Shown in pieces: positions 48,998 to 60,243 of a DNA stretch of 64,000 nt (position 1 is its first letter; each line of letters opens with the position of its first letter). The notes under the pieces were generated by a model. It made no database searches. It was not told the origin of the DNA and saw only the letters and a program-made list of their open reading frames with translations. The translations under genes were made by a program, and so were the position numbers. Source of the stretch: Macrostomum lignano (taxonomy: Eukaryota); the NCBI GenBank assembly GCA_002269645.1, contig NIVC01001542.1:44815-108814 (forward strand). Reading direction: 5' to 3'.

Positions 48998-49900
48998 TTA
49001 ATCCCCTTGTTTCTCGGACTGCTGCTTCTGCTGTTGCTCCCGGACCCGCTCCACCAGCCGGCCCTCCATCTCTGCCTTCTTCTCCGCCTTCTTCTTAGCC
49101 TTCTTCTCTTTCTTGGCCTCCTCCGAGCGGGCCTCCTTCAGCCGGATGAACTTGTCGTCCTGGGCGTCAACCCGGAAGCCGAAGTGGTCCCTGGCCTCCT
49201 CCAGCTCGGCCAGCTTGGCCGCCGCCGCCTCCTCCTTGGCCTGGCGCGCCCTGGCCTGGCGGGCCTCGAACTTGGCGAGCTCCTCGGGCATCCGGGCCAG
49301 ACCGGCGTCAATCCTGGCGTCCAGCTCCGCCAGCCGCCTGCGGCGCTCCTCAGCCGCCTCAGCCCGCCTGCTCAGCATCCCGGCCAGCCCGGAGCCGTCC
49401 AGATCGCCTTCCAGCCAGCGGTCCCTGGCGGTGGCCTCGGCCAGTTGGTCGGGTTCCGGCCAGCAGGCCGAGGGTTCGAGTCCCGTGGCCGCGGCGCCGA
49501 ACCGGCCGATGCAGGCCCGCTGGTAGTCGCGGCCGGCCTCTTGGGCGTTGGCCGGCGGCGGGAAGCCGGACTCCGCCCAGCTGTTGAGGCGGCGGCGCAG
49601 CCGCCGCGGCAGGCCGCTGATGTCGGCCACCAGGGCGGCGCTCTCCGCCGCCGCCGCCGCCGGTTCGACTTCGCCGAATTCAACGGCTTCGTCCAGCTGC
49701 TTGAGCCGTTCGCGGCGCTCCGACATCCACTGGTCGTGAATGTCCGGCTGGCGTCGGCGCAGGTTGAAGTCGTCGACAAGCGAGTGCGGCCGATGCCAGC
49801 GAGAGGCCACGTGCTTGTAGGCCAGGCCGCGGCGGGGGCAGCGGCTGCGGACCGCCCCGTGCTTGAGCAGCCCGCCGAGTTTGGCTTGCAGTGAGCTCAG
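48998..49900 (-). CDS. GADD45GIP1: CRIF1 / mitoribosomal protein mL64 homolog; main exon, start codon unresolved
   Basis: Y...[21 protein letters not shown]; RMPEELAKF; [12 protein letters not shown] and a Lys/Glu-rich tail match the CRIF1 family. Acceptor CCTTCAG| at 49901, phase 0. Confidence 0.8.
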   Translation of the reverse strand: MSSLQAKLGGLLKHGAVRSRCPRRGLAYKHVASRWHRPHSLVDDFNLRRRQPDIHDQWMSERRERLKQLDEAVEFGEVEPAAAAAESAALVADISGLPRRLRRRLNSWAESGFPPPANAQEAGRDYQRACIGRFGAAATGLEPSACWPEPDQLAEATARDRWLEGDLDGSGLAGMLSRRAEAAEERRRRLAELDARIDAGLARMPEELAKFEARQARARQAKEEAAAAKLAELEEARDHFGFRVDAQDDKFIRLKEARSEEAKKEKKAKKKAEKKAEMEGRLVERVREQQQKQQSEKQGD

Positions 49901-49992
49901 CTGAAGGTGCAACGGGGGGAGTTGGTTCTGCAACCGGAATCGAGCTCGGTACCTTCTAAAGGTTTAAAGAGTTTTCTTGAACTATTCAGTAA

Positions 49993-50017
49993 GTCTGTCT
50001 GTCTCTCTCTTTCTGCC

Positions 50018-50092
<75 letters not shown>

Positions 50093-50208
50093 ATCTGTCT
50101 GTCTGTTTGTATCTGTCTGTCTGTCTGTCTGTATCTGTCTGTCTGTTTTATCTGTCTGTCTGTCTGTATGTCTGTCTGTCTGTCAGTCTGTCTGTCTGTC
50201 TGTCTTGG

Positions 50209-50243
<35 letters not shown>

Positions 50244-50285
50244 ATGTCTGTCTGTCTGTCAGTCTGTCTGTCTTGGTGTCTGTCT
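49993..50285. repeat. (TCTG)n microsatellite
   Basis: Direct inspection. Confidence 0.96.
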
Positions 50286-50342
50286 ACAGTGTGCACAGCA
50301 GCCTTCAGACATGTACACTCTTTGAGCATTGTGCGGTTTGGC

Positions 50343-50866
50343 ACTCATTGGCGTGAATAGCATCCGGGAGAAGTCTAGATCACTCATTGGCGTGAATAGC
50401 ATCCGGGAGAAGTCTAGATCACTCATTGGCGTGAATAGCATCCGGGAGAAGCCTAGATCACTCATTGGCGTGAATAGCATCCGGGAGAAGTCTAGATCAC
50501 TCATTGGCGTGAAAAGCATCCGGGAGAAGTCTAGATCACTCATTGGCATGAATAGCATCCGGGAGAAGCCTAGATCACTCATTGGCGTGAATAGCATCCG
50601 GGAGAAGTCTAGATCACTCATTGGCGTGAATAGCATCCGGGAGAAGTCTAGATCACTCATTGGCGTGAATAGCATCCGGGAGAAGTCTGGATCACTCATT
50701 GGCGTGAATAGCATCCGGAAGAAGTCTAGATCACTCATTGGCGTGAATAGCATCCGGAAGAAGTCTAGATCACTCATTGGCGTGAATAGCATCCGGGAGA
50801 AGTCTAGATCACTCATTGGCGTGAATAGCATCCGGGAGAAGTCTAGATCACTCATTGGCGTGAATA
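50343..50866. repeat. 39-bp minisatellite (GGCGTGAATAGCATCCGGGAGAAGTCTAGATCACTCATT), left arm
   Basis: Interrupted at its TA by the mariner. Confidence 0.96.
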
Positions 50867-52189
50867 CGAGGGGTGATCAAAAAGTTCTGCAACCTTTTGT
50901 TATAGCTTTTAGTTATAGAATCGGCAAAAGCCAAAAACTTACACATATGCGGCTATATCTGTTTGCTATATTTATATGCATTTTTGGGTTCCAAATGTGC
51001 TCCAGTAAAATTTCACAGCCATATATTTTCCATGTGTTTTCAGTAGCTGATGGAAACATCAAAAGACAGTGTTCGCTTCTATATCTTTATGCGCATGCAA
51101 CTTGGTTGCAAAGTGACTGAGACTCACACCGATCTGGTGAATGTTTTAGCTGACTCTGCTCCATCATTTGACACGGTTGCCCGCTGGCTGCGCTATTTCT
51201 TGGAAGGCTGGGACAGCTTCAACGACGAACCGAGGTCTGGCCGACCCCGGACATCTGTGACCGAAGATGTCGTGGCCCATGCCGATGCAATACTCGTAAT
51301 TCGTGAGGATTGGAGCATTATGCTGAGATTCATTGCCTATGAGCTTGGTGTCAGCTATGGAAGTGCCCATAACATCATGCATGAGCAACTGGGCCGCACA
51401 AAGACCTGCGCTCGGTGGGTACCCCATCTTCTCACTCCGGAGCAGCAAGCAGAGAGGGTGCGCATCTGTCGCTTGTGGCTGCAAATGTTTGAGCCCCACG
51501 GCCCACGACAACTGTCGGATGTCATCACAGGAGACGAATGTTGGATCTCCTTCTTTACCATGAAGGATAAGCAGTCCAACATGGTCTGGCTAGCAGAAGA
51601 TGAGCCAAGGCCTGAGGTGCTGAAGACCGGATTCCGCAGTCCGAAGCGGATGTTCACCATTTTTTCAACTCTCAGGGTGTTGTAGCGGTGAACATCCTTC
51701 CAGCGGGTGCCACAGTGACTGCCAGGTACTACACAGACACTGTTCTGCCAGGCGTGCTGCAGGAGCGGCAGGAACGTGCGCGAACTAGGCATGGACCTCG
51801 ACTCCTGCTGCACCATGACAATGCGGCACCGCACAGAGCGGCCTCAACCATGGCGTACCTGGAGCAGCAGGGGGTCCGGCTGCTGCCCCATCCACCCTAC
51901 TCTCTAGACCTAGCACCGTGCGACTTTTGGCTGTTCCCGAGGATCAAATCCGTCATTTCTGGGAGGCCGTTTTCACGCATGCAAGACCTTGCCCAAGCGG
52001 TAAATTCAGCTCTACAGGGTATACCAACTTCGGAGTACCATGACTGCTTTCAGACATGGTGCACACGGATGCGACGGTGCATAGATAGTGTTGGAAAGTA
52101 CTTGAAGGGAATGTGACACTGATTAGACGCCTCGGCTGCTGTAGCACAGAGTTGTGAGGTCACTTGCAGAACTTTTTGATCACCCCTCG
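50867..52189 (+). mobile_element. Tc1/mariner (DD34D) transposon, 1323 bp, full length
   Basis: Perfect 26-bp TIRs CGAGGGGTGATCAAAAAGTTCTGCAA; TA TSD at 50865-66 and 52190-91. Confidence 0.96.
51050..52116 (+). pseudogene. Mariner transposase, ~355 aa if a single missing T (T6 run at 51660-51665) is restored
   Basis: WVPHLL, TGDECW, HHDNA-(34)-CDF. ORFs 51050..51685 and 51688..52116 join as MFTIFFNSQGVVAVNIL. The conserved YSPDL reads YSLDL. Confidence 0.85.
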
Positions 52190-53500
52190 TAGCATCCGGG
52201 AGCAGTCTGGATCACTCATTGGCGTGAATAGCATCCGGGAGAAGCCTAGATCACTCATTGGCGTGAATAGCATCCGGGAGAAGTCTAGATCACTCATTGG
52301 CGTGAATAGCATCCGGGAGAAGTCTAGATCACTCATTGGCGTGAATAGCATCCGGGAGAAGTCTAGATCCCTCATTGGCGTGAATAGCATCCGGAAGAAG
52401 TCTAGATCACTCATTGGCGTGAATAGCATCCGGGAGAAGTCTAGATCACTCATTGGCGTGAATAGCATCCGGGAGAAGTCTGGATCACTCATTGGCGTGA
52501 ATAGCATCCGGGAGAAGTCTAGATCACTCATTGGCGTGAATAGCATCCGGGAGAAGCCTAGATCACTCATTGGCGTGAATAGCATCCGGGAGAAGTCTAG
52601 ATCACTCATTGGCGTGAATAGCATCCGGGAGAAGTCTGGATCACTCATTGGCGTGAAAAGCATCCGGGAGAAGCCTAGATCACTCATTGGCGTGAATAGC
52701 ATCCGGAAGAAGTCTGGATCACTCATTGGCGTGAATAGCATCCGGGAGAAGTCTAGATCACTCATTGGCGTGAATAGCATCCGGAAGAAGTCTAGATCAC
52801 TCATTGGCGTGAATAGCATCCGGGAGAAGTCTGGATCACTCATTGGCGTGAATAGCATCCGGGAGAAGTCTAGATCACTCATTGGCGTGAATAGCATCCG
52901 GGAGAAGTCTAGATCACTCATTGGCGTGAATAGCATCCGGGAGAAATCTAGATCACTCATTGGCGTGAATAGCATCCGGGAGAAGTCTGGATCACTCATT
53001 GGCGTGAATAGCATCCGGGAGAAGCCTAGATCACTCATTGGCGTGAATAGCATCCGGGAGAAGTCTAGATCACTCATTGGCGTGAATAGCATCCGGGAGA
53101 AGTCTAGATCACTCATTGGCGTGAATAGCATCCGGAGAAGTCTAGATCACTCATTGGCGTGAATAGCATCCGGAAGAAGTCTAGATCACTCATTGGCGTG
53201 AATAGCATCCGGGAGAAGTCTGGATCACTCATTGGCGTGAATAGCATCCGGGAGAAGTCTAGATCACTCATTGGCGTGAATAGCATCCGGGAGAAGTCTA
53301 GATCACTCATTGGCGTGAATAGCATCCGGAAGAAGTCTGGATCACTCATTGGCGTGAATAGCATCCAGAAGAAGTCTAGATCACTCATTGGCGTGAATAG
53401 CATCCGGGAGAAGTCTAGATCACTCATTGGCGTGAATAGCATCCGGGAGAAGTCTGGATCACTCATTGGCGTGAATAGCATCCGGGAGAAGTCTAGATCA
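52190..53500. repeat. 39-bp minisatellite, right arm
   Basis: Resumes in register (TA|GCATCC) after the mariner. Confidence 0.96.
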
Positions 53501-54049
53501 ATGCATGCATGGCTTGTGATTTCCGTATGCATATAAAGTACCCAGAGCTAAGGACAGCAGCTGGCACTGTTCCACGCCCAGAAGCGTTCGCAGATCAGAT
53601 TCGATAAGGCAAATACCTGAACTGTAAAAACTGAAGCGCTGGGAGACAATGGAGGGGAGATTCTCAAGCCCCGAACAGATTGGCATCAGGGAAACAGAGG
53701 CAGGGACAGGCATTAACAAAGGCTTCCATGCTTATCACTAGGCTAGCAGCACTGGCACAATGAGACCAGTGACGCCTTACTGCATGCAGTGTTGTGCTTG
53801 ACAATAACTATGAAATAAGCGAGTCCAACGGTTAAATTATCTGCAAAACGTTGGCTCTTACACAGCCCAGTGATTGCGAATGTTGCTGCAGTTTATTTAT
53901 AGCAGTTAAACGCTTACAAGCATTTCTTTAGCGAAAGATAGTCGCGTGTTTTATTAGTGCTAAGAGGCGTATTTGGAGACTCTGCGGGATGGGAAAGGAG
54001 CCTTGGTTATAAGCAGTCATTGCAACACACTGTGGAATGACAGAGGAGG

Positions 54050-54500
54050 GGCCTTGGCAATAGACAACAGCCACTGCAACACACTGTGGGATGACAGAGC
54101 AGGGGCCTTGCATGGCCATAGACAACAGCCACTGCAACACACTGTGGGGTGACAGACGGACCTTGGCCATAGACAGCAGCCACTGCAACACACTGTGGGA
54201 TGACAGAGGGGCCTTGGCCATAGACAACAGCCACTGCAACACACCGTGGGGTGACAGAGGGGCCTTGGCCATAGACAACAGCCACTGCAACACACTGTGG
54301 GGTGACAGAGGGGCCTTGGTCATAGACAACAGCCACTGCAACACACTGTGGGGTGACAGAGGGACCTTGGCCATAGACATCAGTCACTGCAACACACTGT
54401 GGGGCGACAGAGGGGCCTTGGCCATAGATAAAAGCCACTGCAACACACTATGGGGTGACAGAGGGGCCTTGGCCATAGACAACAGCCACTACAACACATT
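54050..54500. repeat. 51-bp minisatellite (GGCCTTGGCCATAGACAACAGCCACTGCAACACACTGTGGGGTGACAGAGG)
   Basis: ~8 copies. Confidence 0.92.
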
Positions 54501-55271
54501 GTGTTGCGACAGAGATATAGTGGCGTTGGTGATAAAACAAAAAGGCTATTTAAACAAATAACCATAAAAACGGTATCATAAAAAGTTTAAGCCACAAAAC
54601 TTGATAGGCTAAGGATTAGCTGAATGCAACGCTAGACAAAGAATGATAAAATATGATTTGTTAACACGAGCCAAGCTATTTTTGAGAAATTTGTTTTTGA
54701 GTACAAAAAGTATATAAAAGAACAATATTACTGACATTAAGAAGATAAAAGTGCACAGGAAAAGTCGCAGATAATGCAATTTTTTGGTGCTAGATAAGAT
54801 CCAATTGTACACTACATAAATAGAAAAGAAAACATAAAACCAAGCACTTCGTATTCGGTTGCAGAGTCGGCAAAAGGCATTAAAAAAGTTGCTTATAAGA
54901 ATAAGATTAACCAGACGATATGTTTAGAAAAAAACTTTTTAAAGCAGAATTGAACGCAGAGACGCAAAAGGAAAATCAAGAAAAGGAATGGAGGATAGGG
55001 CGGAGGAAGGTGAACCGCTTTGGTCCAGATGAAGTTTTTTCAATGTTGCTAAAATAGTAAACACTAAAACAATTTTTTTTACTTAAAAAAACATACAAAA
55101 CGGAACTAAAAATAAAATTTCTACTAGAGACAGAAGCATTACAGAACGACAGAAAAAAACAGCCGAAGGAGTACTGTACATTATTTTACACTAAAGTACA
55201 GGCTGTAACGCCGTCCTACAGACTTTTTGTTGCAGACTTTAACGCACACTGCTACAGATAAGTAGATTTTC

Positions 55272-55825
55272 ACAACCTACTACAGACCCTTAAAGACAGT
55301 CACAACCTACTACACACCCTTAAAGACAGTCACAACCTACTACAGACCCTTAAAGACAGTCACAACCTACTACAGACCCTTAAAGACAGTCACAACCTAC
55401 TACAGACTCATGAAGACAGTCACAACCTACTACAGACCCTTAAAGACAGTCACAACCTACTACAGACCCTTAAAGACAGTCACAACCTACTACAAACCCT
55501 TAAAGACAGTCACAACATACTACAGCCCCTTAAAGACAGTCACAACATACTACAGACCCTTAGAGACACTCACAACCTACTACAGACCCTTAGAGACACT
55601 CACAACCTACTAAAGACCCTTAGAGACAGTCACAACCTACTACAGACCCTTAGAGACACTCACAACCTACTACAGACCCTTAGAGACACTCACAACCTAC
55701 TACAGACCCTTAGAGACACTCACAACCTACTACAGACCCTTAGAGACACTCACAACCTACTACAGACCCTTAGAGATAGTCACAACATACTACAGACCCC
55801 TACAGACCGTGGCACTACTACAGAC
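55272..55825. repeat. 30-bp minisatellite (CACAACCTACTACAGACCCTTAAAGACAGT)
   Basis: Tandem array downstream of the PARP stop. Confidence 0.93.
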
Positions 55826-55871
55826 CCTTACAGCTCCTCACTGCACTTTGGGACAGTCGCATCTTACTACA

Positions 55872-56000
55872 GACTATAACGCACTATAGACTATAACGCA
55901 CTATAGACTATAACGCACTATAGACTATAACGCACTATAGACTATAACGCACTATAGACTATAACGCACTATAGACTATAACGCACTATAGACTATAACA
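55872..56000. repeat. 17-bp repeat (CTATAGACTATAACGCA)
   Basis: ~7 copies ~30 bp after the PARP stop. Confidence 0.92.
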
Positions 56001-56033
56001 GCCAAAATAAGCAAAGCTGCAACGAGTTGCGCC

Positions 56034-59000
56034 TCATTTAAAGTTGAACCGCACCTGCACCAGGTACCTCAGACGCAGCTGATTCACATTGTACACAACG
56101 TACTCATTATAATTGAGCACAGTTGACAGGTTGCTGGCCACCAGCTTGCCAATGGGAACTTTGCACCCGTCGGCCAACTGCTCTGCAGACGAAGGATTTG
56201 GAGTCAATTCTCCAATGCCTTTGACGCTGTTGAATCCGGCAGGCAGCTTGGCCGCCTCATAGTCGGCCTTGTTCAGCTCTCGACTGGTGCCCAGGGCCAC
56301 TTCGCATAAGGCCAGCACACCTGTTGGCTTGCTTCTAGTAGCGTACAGGTAATTGGCCGACTTGCTGCTCACGTCGGCAAAGTACACGCCTTTGCCGAAC
56401 ATGTAGCCTGTGGCCGGCGCCTCGGGGGGCGCCACGCGGAGGCCCTGCGAGATGGGAGCGGGAGATTTGGGGCTGCTTGAGGGCGATTCTTGGGGCAATT
56501 TGAGGGCGATTCTTGAGGCTGTTTGAGGGCGATTCTTGAGGCAGTTTGAGGGCGATTCTTGGGGCAGATTCTTGAGGCAGTTTGAGGGCGATTCTTGGGG
56601 CAGATTCTTGAGGCAGTTTGAGGGCGATTCTTGGGGCAGATTCTTGAGGCAGTTTGAGGGCGATTCTTGGGGCAGATTCTTGAGGCAGTTTGAGGGCGAT
56701 TCTTGGGGCAGTTCGAGGGCAATTCTTGGGGCAGTTCGAGGGCGATTCTTGGAAGGGATTGTCGCTAGATTCTCAAAAGGCTACAGATTAGGCGGTAAGC
56801 GGACTCACCTGAGACAGAATTCCAGCCCAGTTAGACAGCCGAGACCCGTGCCACAGCAGCATCCGGTTAGGCAGATCCGATCTGAACCGAGCAGTCTCAG
56901 GCGCACGCTGCACTTTAAACAGCGCTCCCAAACTCAGGGTGTACAGACTGTGAGTCGGACCGTGAGTAGTCTGCAGGTACCTGTCAATCATGGAGAACTC
57001 CTCAGAATTGGAGTCCACAGGCTCAATATCGCAGGCCAGCCGCCTGTAGCACCGGTCCAGCGGGTGCTCAGCAGCTGCCGAGTCCCCAGACTCCTCCGCT
57101 CCATCGCTAACCACTTTCAGAGCAGTTTGAATCTGCTCCAAGGCCTGCAGCAGATCTGCCTTGGCCTGGATCTCTTCTAGGCTGCGAATAACGGGCGGTA
57201 CCCGCATGCCGAAGTCGTGCGGTATTCGGGTGTAGAAATCGTTGCAGGCCGACACGAGCTTCTGGCCGGAGCTGTGCCCGCCTCGGACCAGCGCTTCGAT
57301 AGCTTTGAGGGCTACGAAACCGGCTTTGATCTGGGCGGCGGTCAGCTTGCCAAGAGGCATCCGCTTGGCATCGTAGCGCATCTCAACCACCGTGTCCTCC
57401 ATCTGCTGCACATCGCAGATCATGCCCAGCAGGGCCTGCAGTGCCGCGTGCAGCCGGCTGGCCGCCTCAGCTTTCCGCTCAGCGGCGGCCTGTTTCTTGG
57501 CTGCTTTGTCAGCTTTGTCGTCACCTGCGCCGCCGTCGCCGCCAGCCTTGTGATCCCGGTGCACCAGATCGTACTTGCCAGCCACCTACACAAATTAATT
57601 TACATTATTTTTAAGCGTTTTTTTGGTAGAAAAAAAACTTTTATTTTCTACTGACAGTAGAGCTATAAGAAAGAGCATCAAATTTCTGAAAAGTTATTTT
57701 AAAAAAAGGTTTCAATTTCGTCTTTTTAGAACCAGAATTTCCCAGGTAAGGTACCACGAGGTACCACAACCCGAACCCTGAACCAAGGTATCACAACTCG
57801 AACCCTGAACCAAGGTACCACAACTCGAACCCTGAACAAGGTACCACAACTCGAACCCTGAACAAGGTACCACAACCAGAACCCTGAACCAAGGTACCAC
57901 AACCAGAACCCTGAACCAAGGTACCACAACCCGAACCCTGAACCAAGGTATCACAACTCGAACCCTGAACCAAGGTACCACAACCAGAACCCTGAACCAA
58001 GGTACCACAACCCGAACCCTGAACCAAGGTACCACAACCAGAACCCTGAACCAAGGTACCACAACCAGAACCCTGAACCAAGGTACCACAACCAGAACCC
58101 TGAACCAATGTACCACAACCCAAACCCTAAACCAAGGTACCACAACCAGAAACCTGAACCAAGGTACCACAACCCGAACCCTGAACCAAGGTACCACAAC
58201 CCGAAACCAGCAAGACCAACCTTGGTAAAAGTTTTAGCAGCCACAGATGCCCATTCATTTTTTGTTTTATCCTCGAACTTCTTGCAGAAGAGCGCCTTGG
58301 CCCGGTCAAGGTCGGGACCACAAGGCACCAGACTGTGCTGACCGGTTTTGCCCACCCGGCCCCAGCGGAACCAGACCCAGTAGTCTCTGGGCGCCTTGTG
58401 CAACAGCTGCAACAGGTAGAACTTGTTGTTGTTAAACTGCAAGTTGGTCTGGTTCAGCATAGCGTCGTACACTGTGCCGCCTTCGGCGTGGACTCGAACT
58501 GAAGCTGCCGACAGGCCCGTCAGCTCGGAGTCCACCGCGGCGCCACGCGGACAAGCACCACCTTCTCGTCTGAGCCGTCTTCATCCTCCTCAGCTGCTGC
58601 TGATGCTGCTGCACGACCGCTGCTACCGTTCTTCTGCTTCTGGCGTTTCTGCTTTTGCTGCCGCTTCTGGGCTTCTTCGTCATCACCGACATCATCATCA
58701 GATGGTGGAGGCGACGGAGACGCGGCTGGCCGCTTGCGAGCCCCAGCTGCCAGACGGCCGCTGGTTCGGCGGGTTGGCGCTGAAGGCGCCGGCGGAGCTG
58801 CTGCAGAGGTTTGCGAGAGGGGAAAGAGTGACGGAGTGACAGACAGTTAACAGAGTGACAGGTAGGTTTGGTGAGTGACAGACAGTTAACAGAGTGACGG
58901 ATAAGTGAGTGACAAGCAGTCAAGACTCGAGAGTGAAGGATAAGTTGGGAGAGTAACTGACAGAGCGACAGACAGCCACCAGCTCACCCGCCCCAGTAGA

Positions 59001-60243
59001 CTTGGCCGCAGCGGTTGCACTTTTAAATTCCCGCTCGGCCAGAACTCTTCGGCGAATATTTCTACGAAAGCCGGTCCTGTCGTTGGTCTGGTGCAGCTTG
59101 CGCAGGTCCACCGTGTAGGAGTTGCCGCCGATGCTGACGGAGACGGAGGCGTCACCCCGGCTGTGCGCGGCCTCCAGCTTGTGGGCCGCTGACGGGGGCA
59201 TGTTGGACCACGGCTTCAGGTCAGCCTGCCACAGCGCTGCGACCTCTGCGAGGGCGACGGTTCATGGGATACTGACAGTCTGACATAGGCTACTGACAGT
59301 CTGACATAGGCTACTGACAGTCTGACATAGGCTACTGACAGTCTGACATAGGCTACTGACAGTCTGACATAGGCTACTGACAGTCTGACATAGGCTACTG
59401 ACAGTCTGACATAGGCTACTGACAGTCTGACATAGGAGCTACTGACAATCTGACATAGGAGCTACTGACAATCTGACATAGGAGCTACTGACAATCTGAC
59501 ATAGGAGCTACTGACAATCTGACATAGGAGCTACTGACAATCTGACATAGGAGCTACTGACAATCTGACATAGGAGCTACTGACAATCTGACATAGGAGC
59601 TACTGACAATCTGACATAGGCTACTGACAGTATAGGAGCTACTGACAATCTGACATAGGCTACTGACAGTCTGACATAGGCTACTGACAATCTGACATAG
59701 GGTACTGACAGTCTGACATAGGCTACTGACAATCTGACATAGGGTACTGACAGTCTGACATAGGCTACTGACAATCTGACATAGGCTACTGACAATCTGA
59801 CATAGGGTACTGACAATCTGACATAGGCTACTGACAGTATAGGAGCTACTGACAATCTGACATAGGCTACTGATATTTCCAATCTGAGATTTTAAAACTC
59901 ACCACGAGTTGCACTATTGCCTGACTGTAGCACAAACACAACTCGAACTTTACGCGATGACCCAGTCGTGCCACCTTTCCGAGTCTGAATGCCTTTGTCA
60001 AAGTCGACCGAAATCTCATAATTATTGGGCAGCTTCAGATCGCACTAAATCAAATATTGTTTTGATTGTTTCAAATTCAATATTTCGATAATTCTTTGTT
60101 CAAGTTATAAAAATGTGCAATCTACGAGTACTTACAGTATTACTATTAGCAGCAATAGCAGCATTCAACGCTGTTATGTGTTTATCTGAGTAGTTTCTCC
60201 AAACATCAGGCCCATCTTCATATTGCCACAATGGTTTAGCCAT
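56034..60243 (-). CDS. PARP2-like poly(ADP-ribose) polymerase with two N-terminal WWE domains (~758 aa; one apparent 1-nt frameshift near 58546)
   Basis: Exons 60243-60136, 60044-59903, 59245-58988, 58800-58221, 57585-56809, 56444-56034 (phases 0,1,1,0,0). WGR (YDAMLNQTN..NNNKFYLLQLL..WGRVG), HD (MPLGKL...FYTRIPHDFG), catalytic H-Y-E (LWHGS, GVYFAD..SKSANY, YNEYVVY). Confidence 0.9.
56475..56752. repeat. 36-bp repeat, PARP intron 5
   Basis: CAGTTTGAGGGCGATTCTTGGGGCAGATTCTTGAGG, period 36. Confidence 0.9.
57762..58205. repeat. 27-bp minisatellite (AACCAAGGTACCACAACCAGAACCCTG), PARP intron 4
   Basis: Tandem array. Confidence 0.93.
59270..59875. repeat. 21/23-bp minisatellite (CTGACAGTCTGACATAGGCTA), PARP intron 2
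   Basis: Blocks of 21-bp units and 23-bp (GGAGCTA) units. Confidence 0.94.

Noticed and set aside
50259-53536. [13 protein letters not shown] / [13 protein letters not shown] ORFs
   Set aside because: 39-bp minisatellite, open on both strands because the unit is a multiple of 3.
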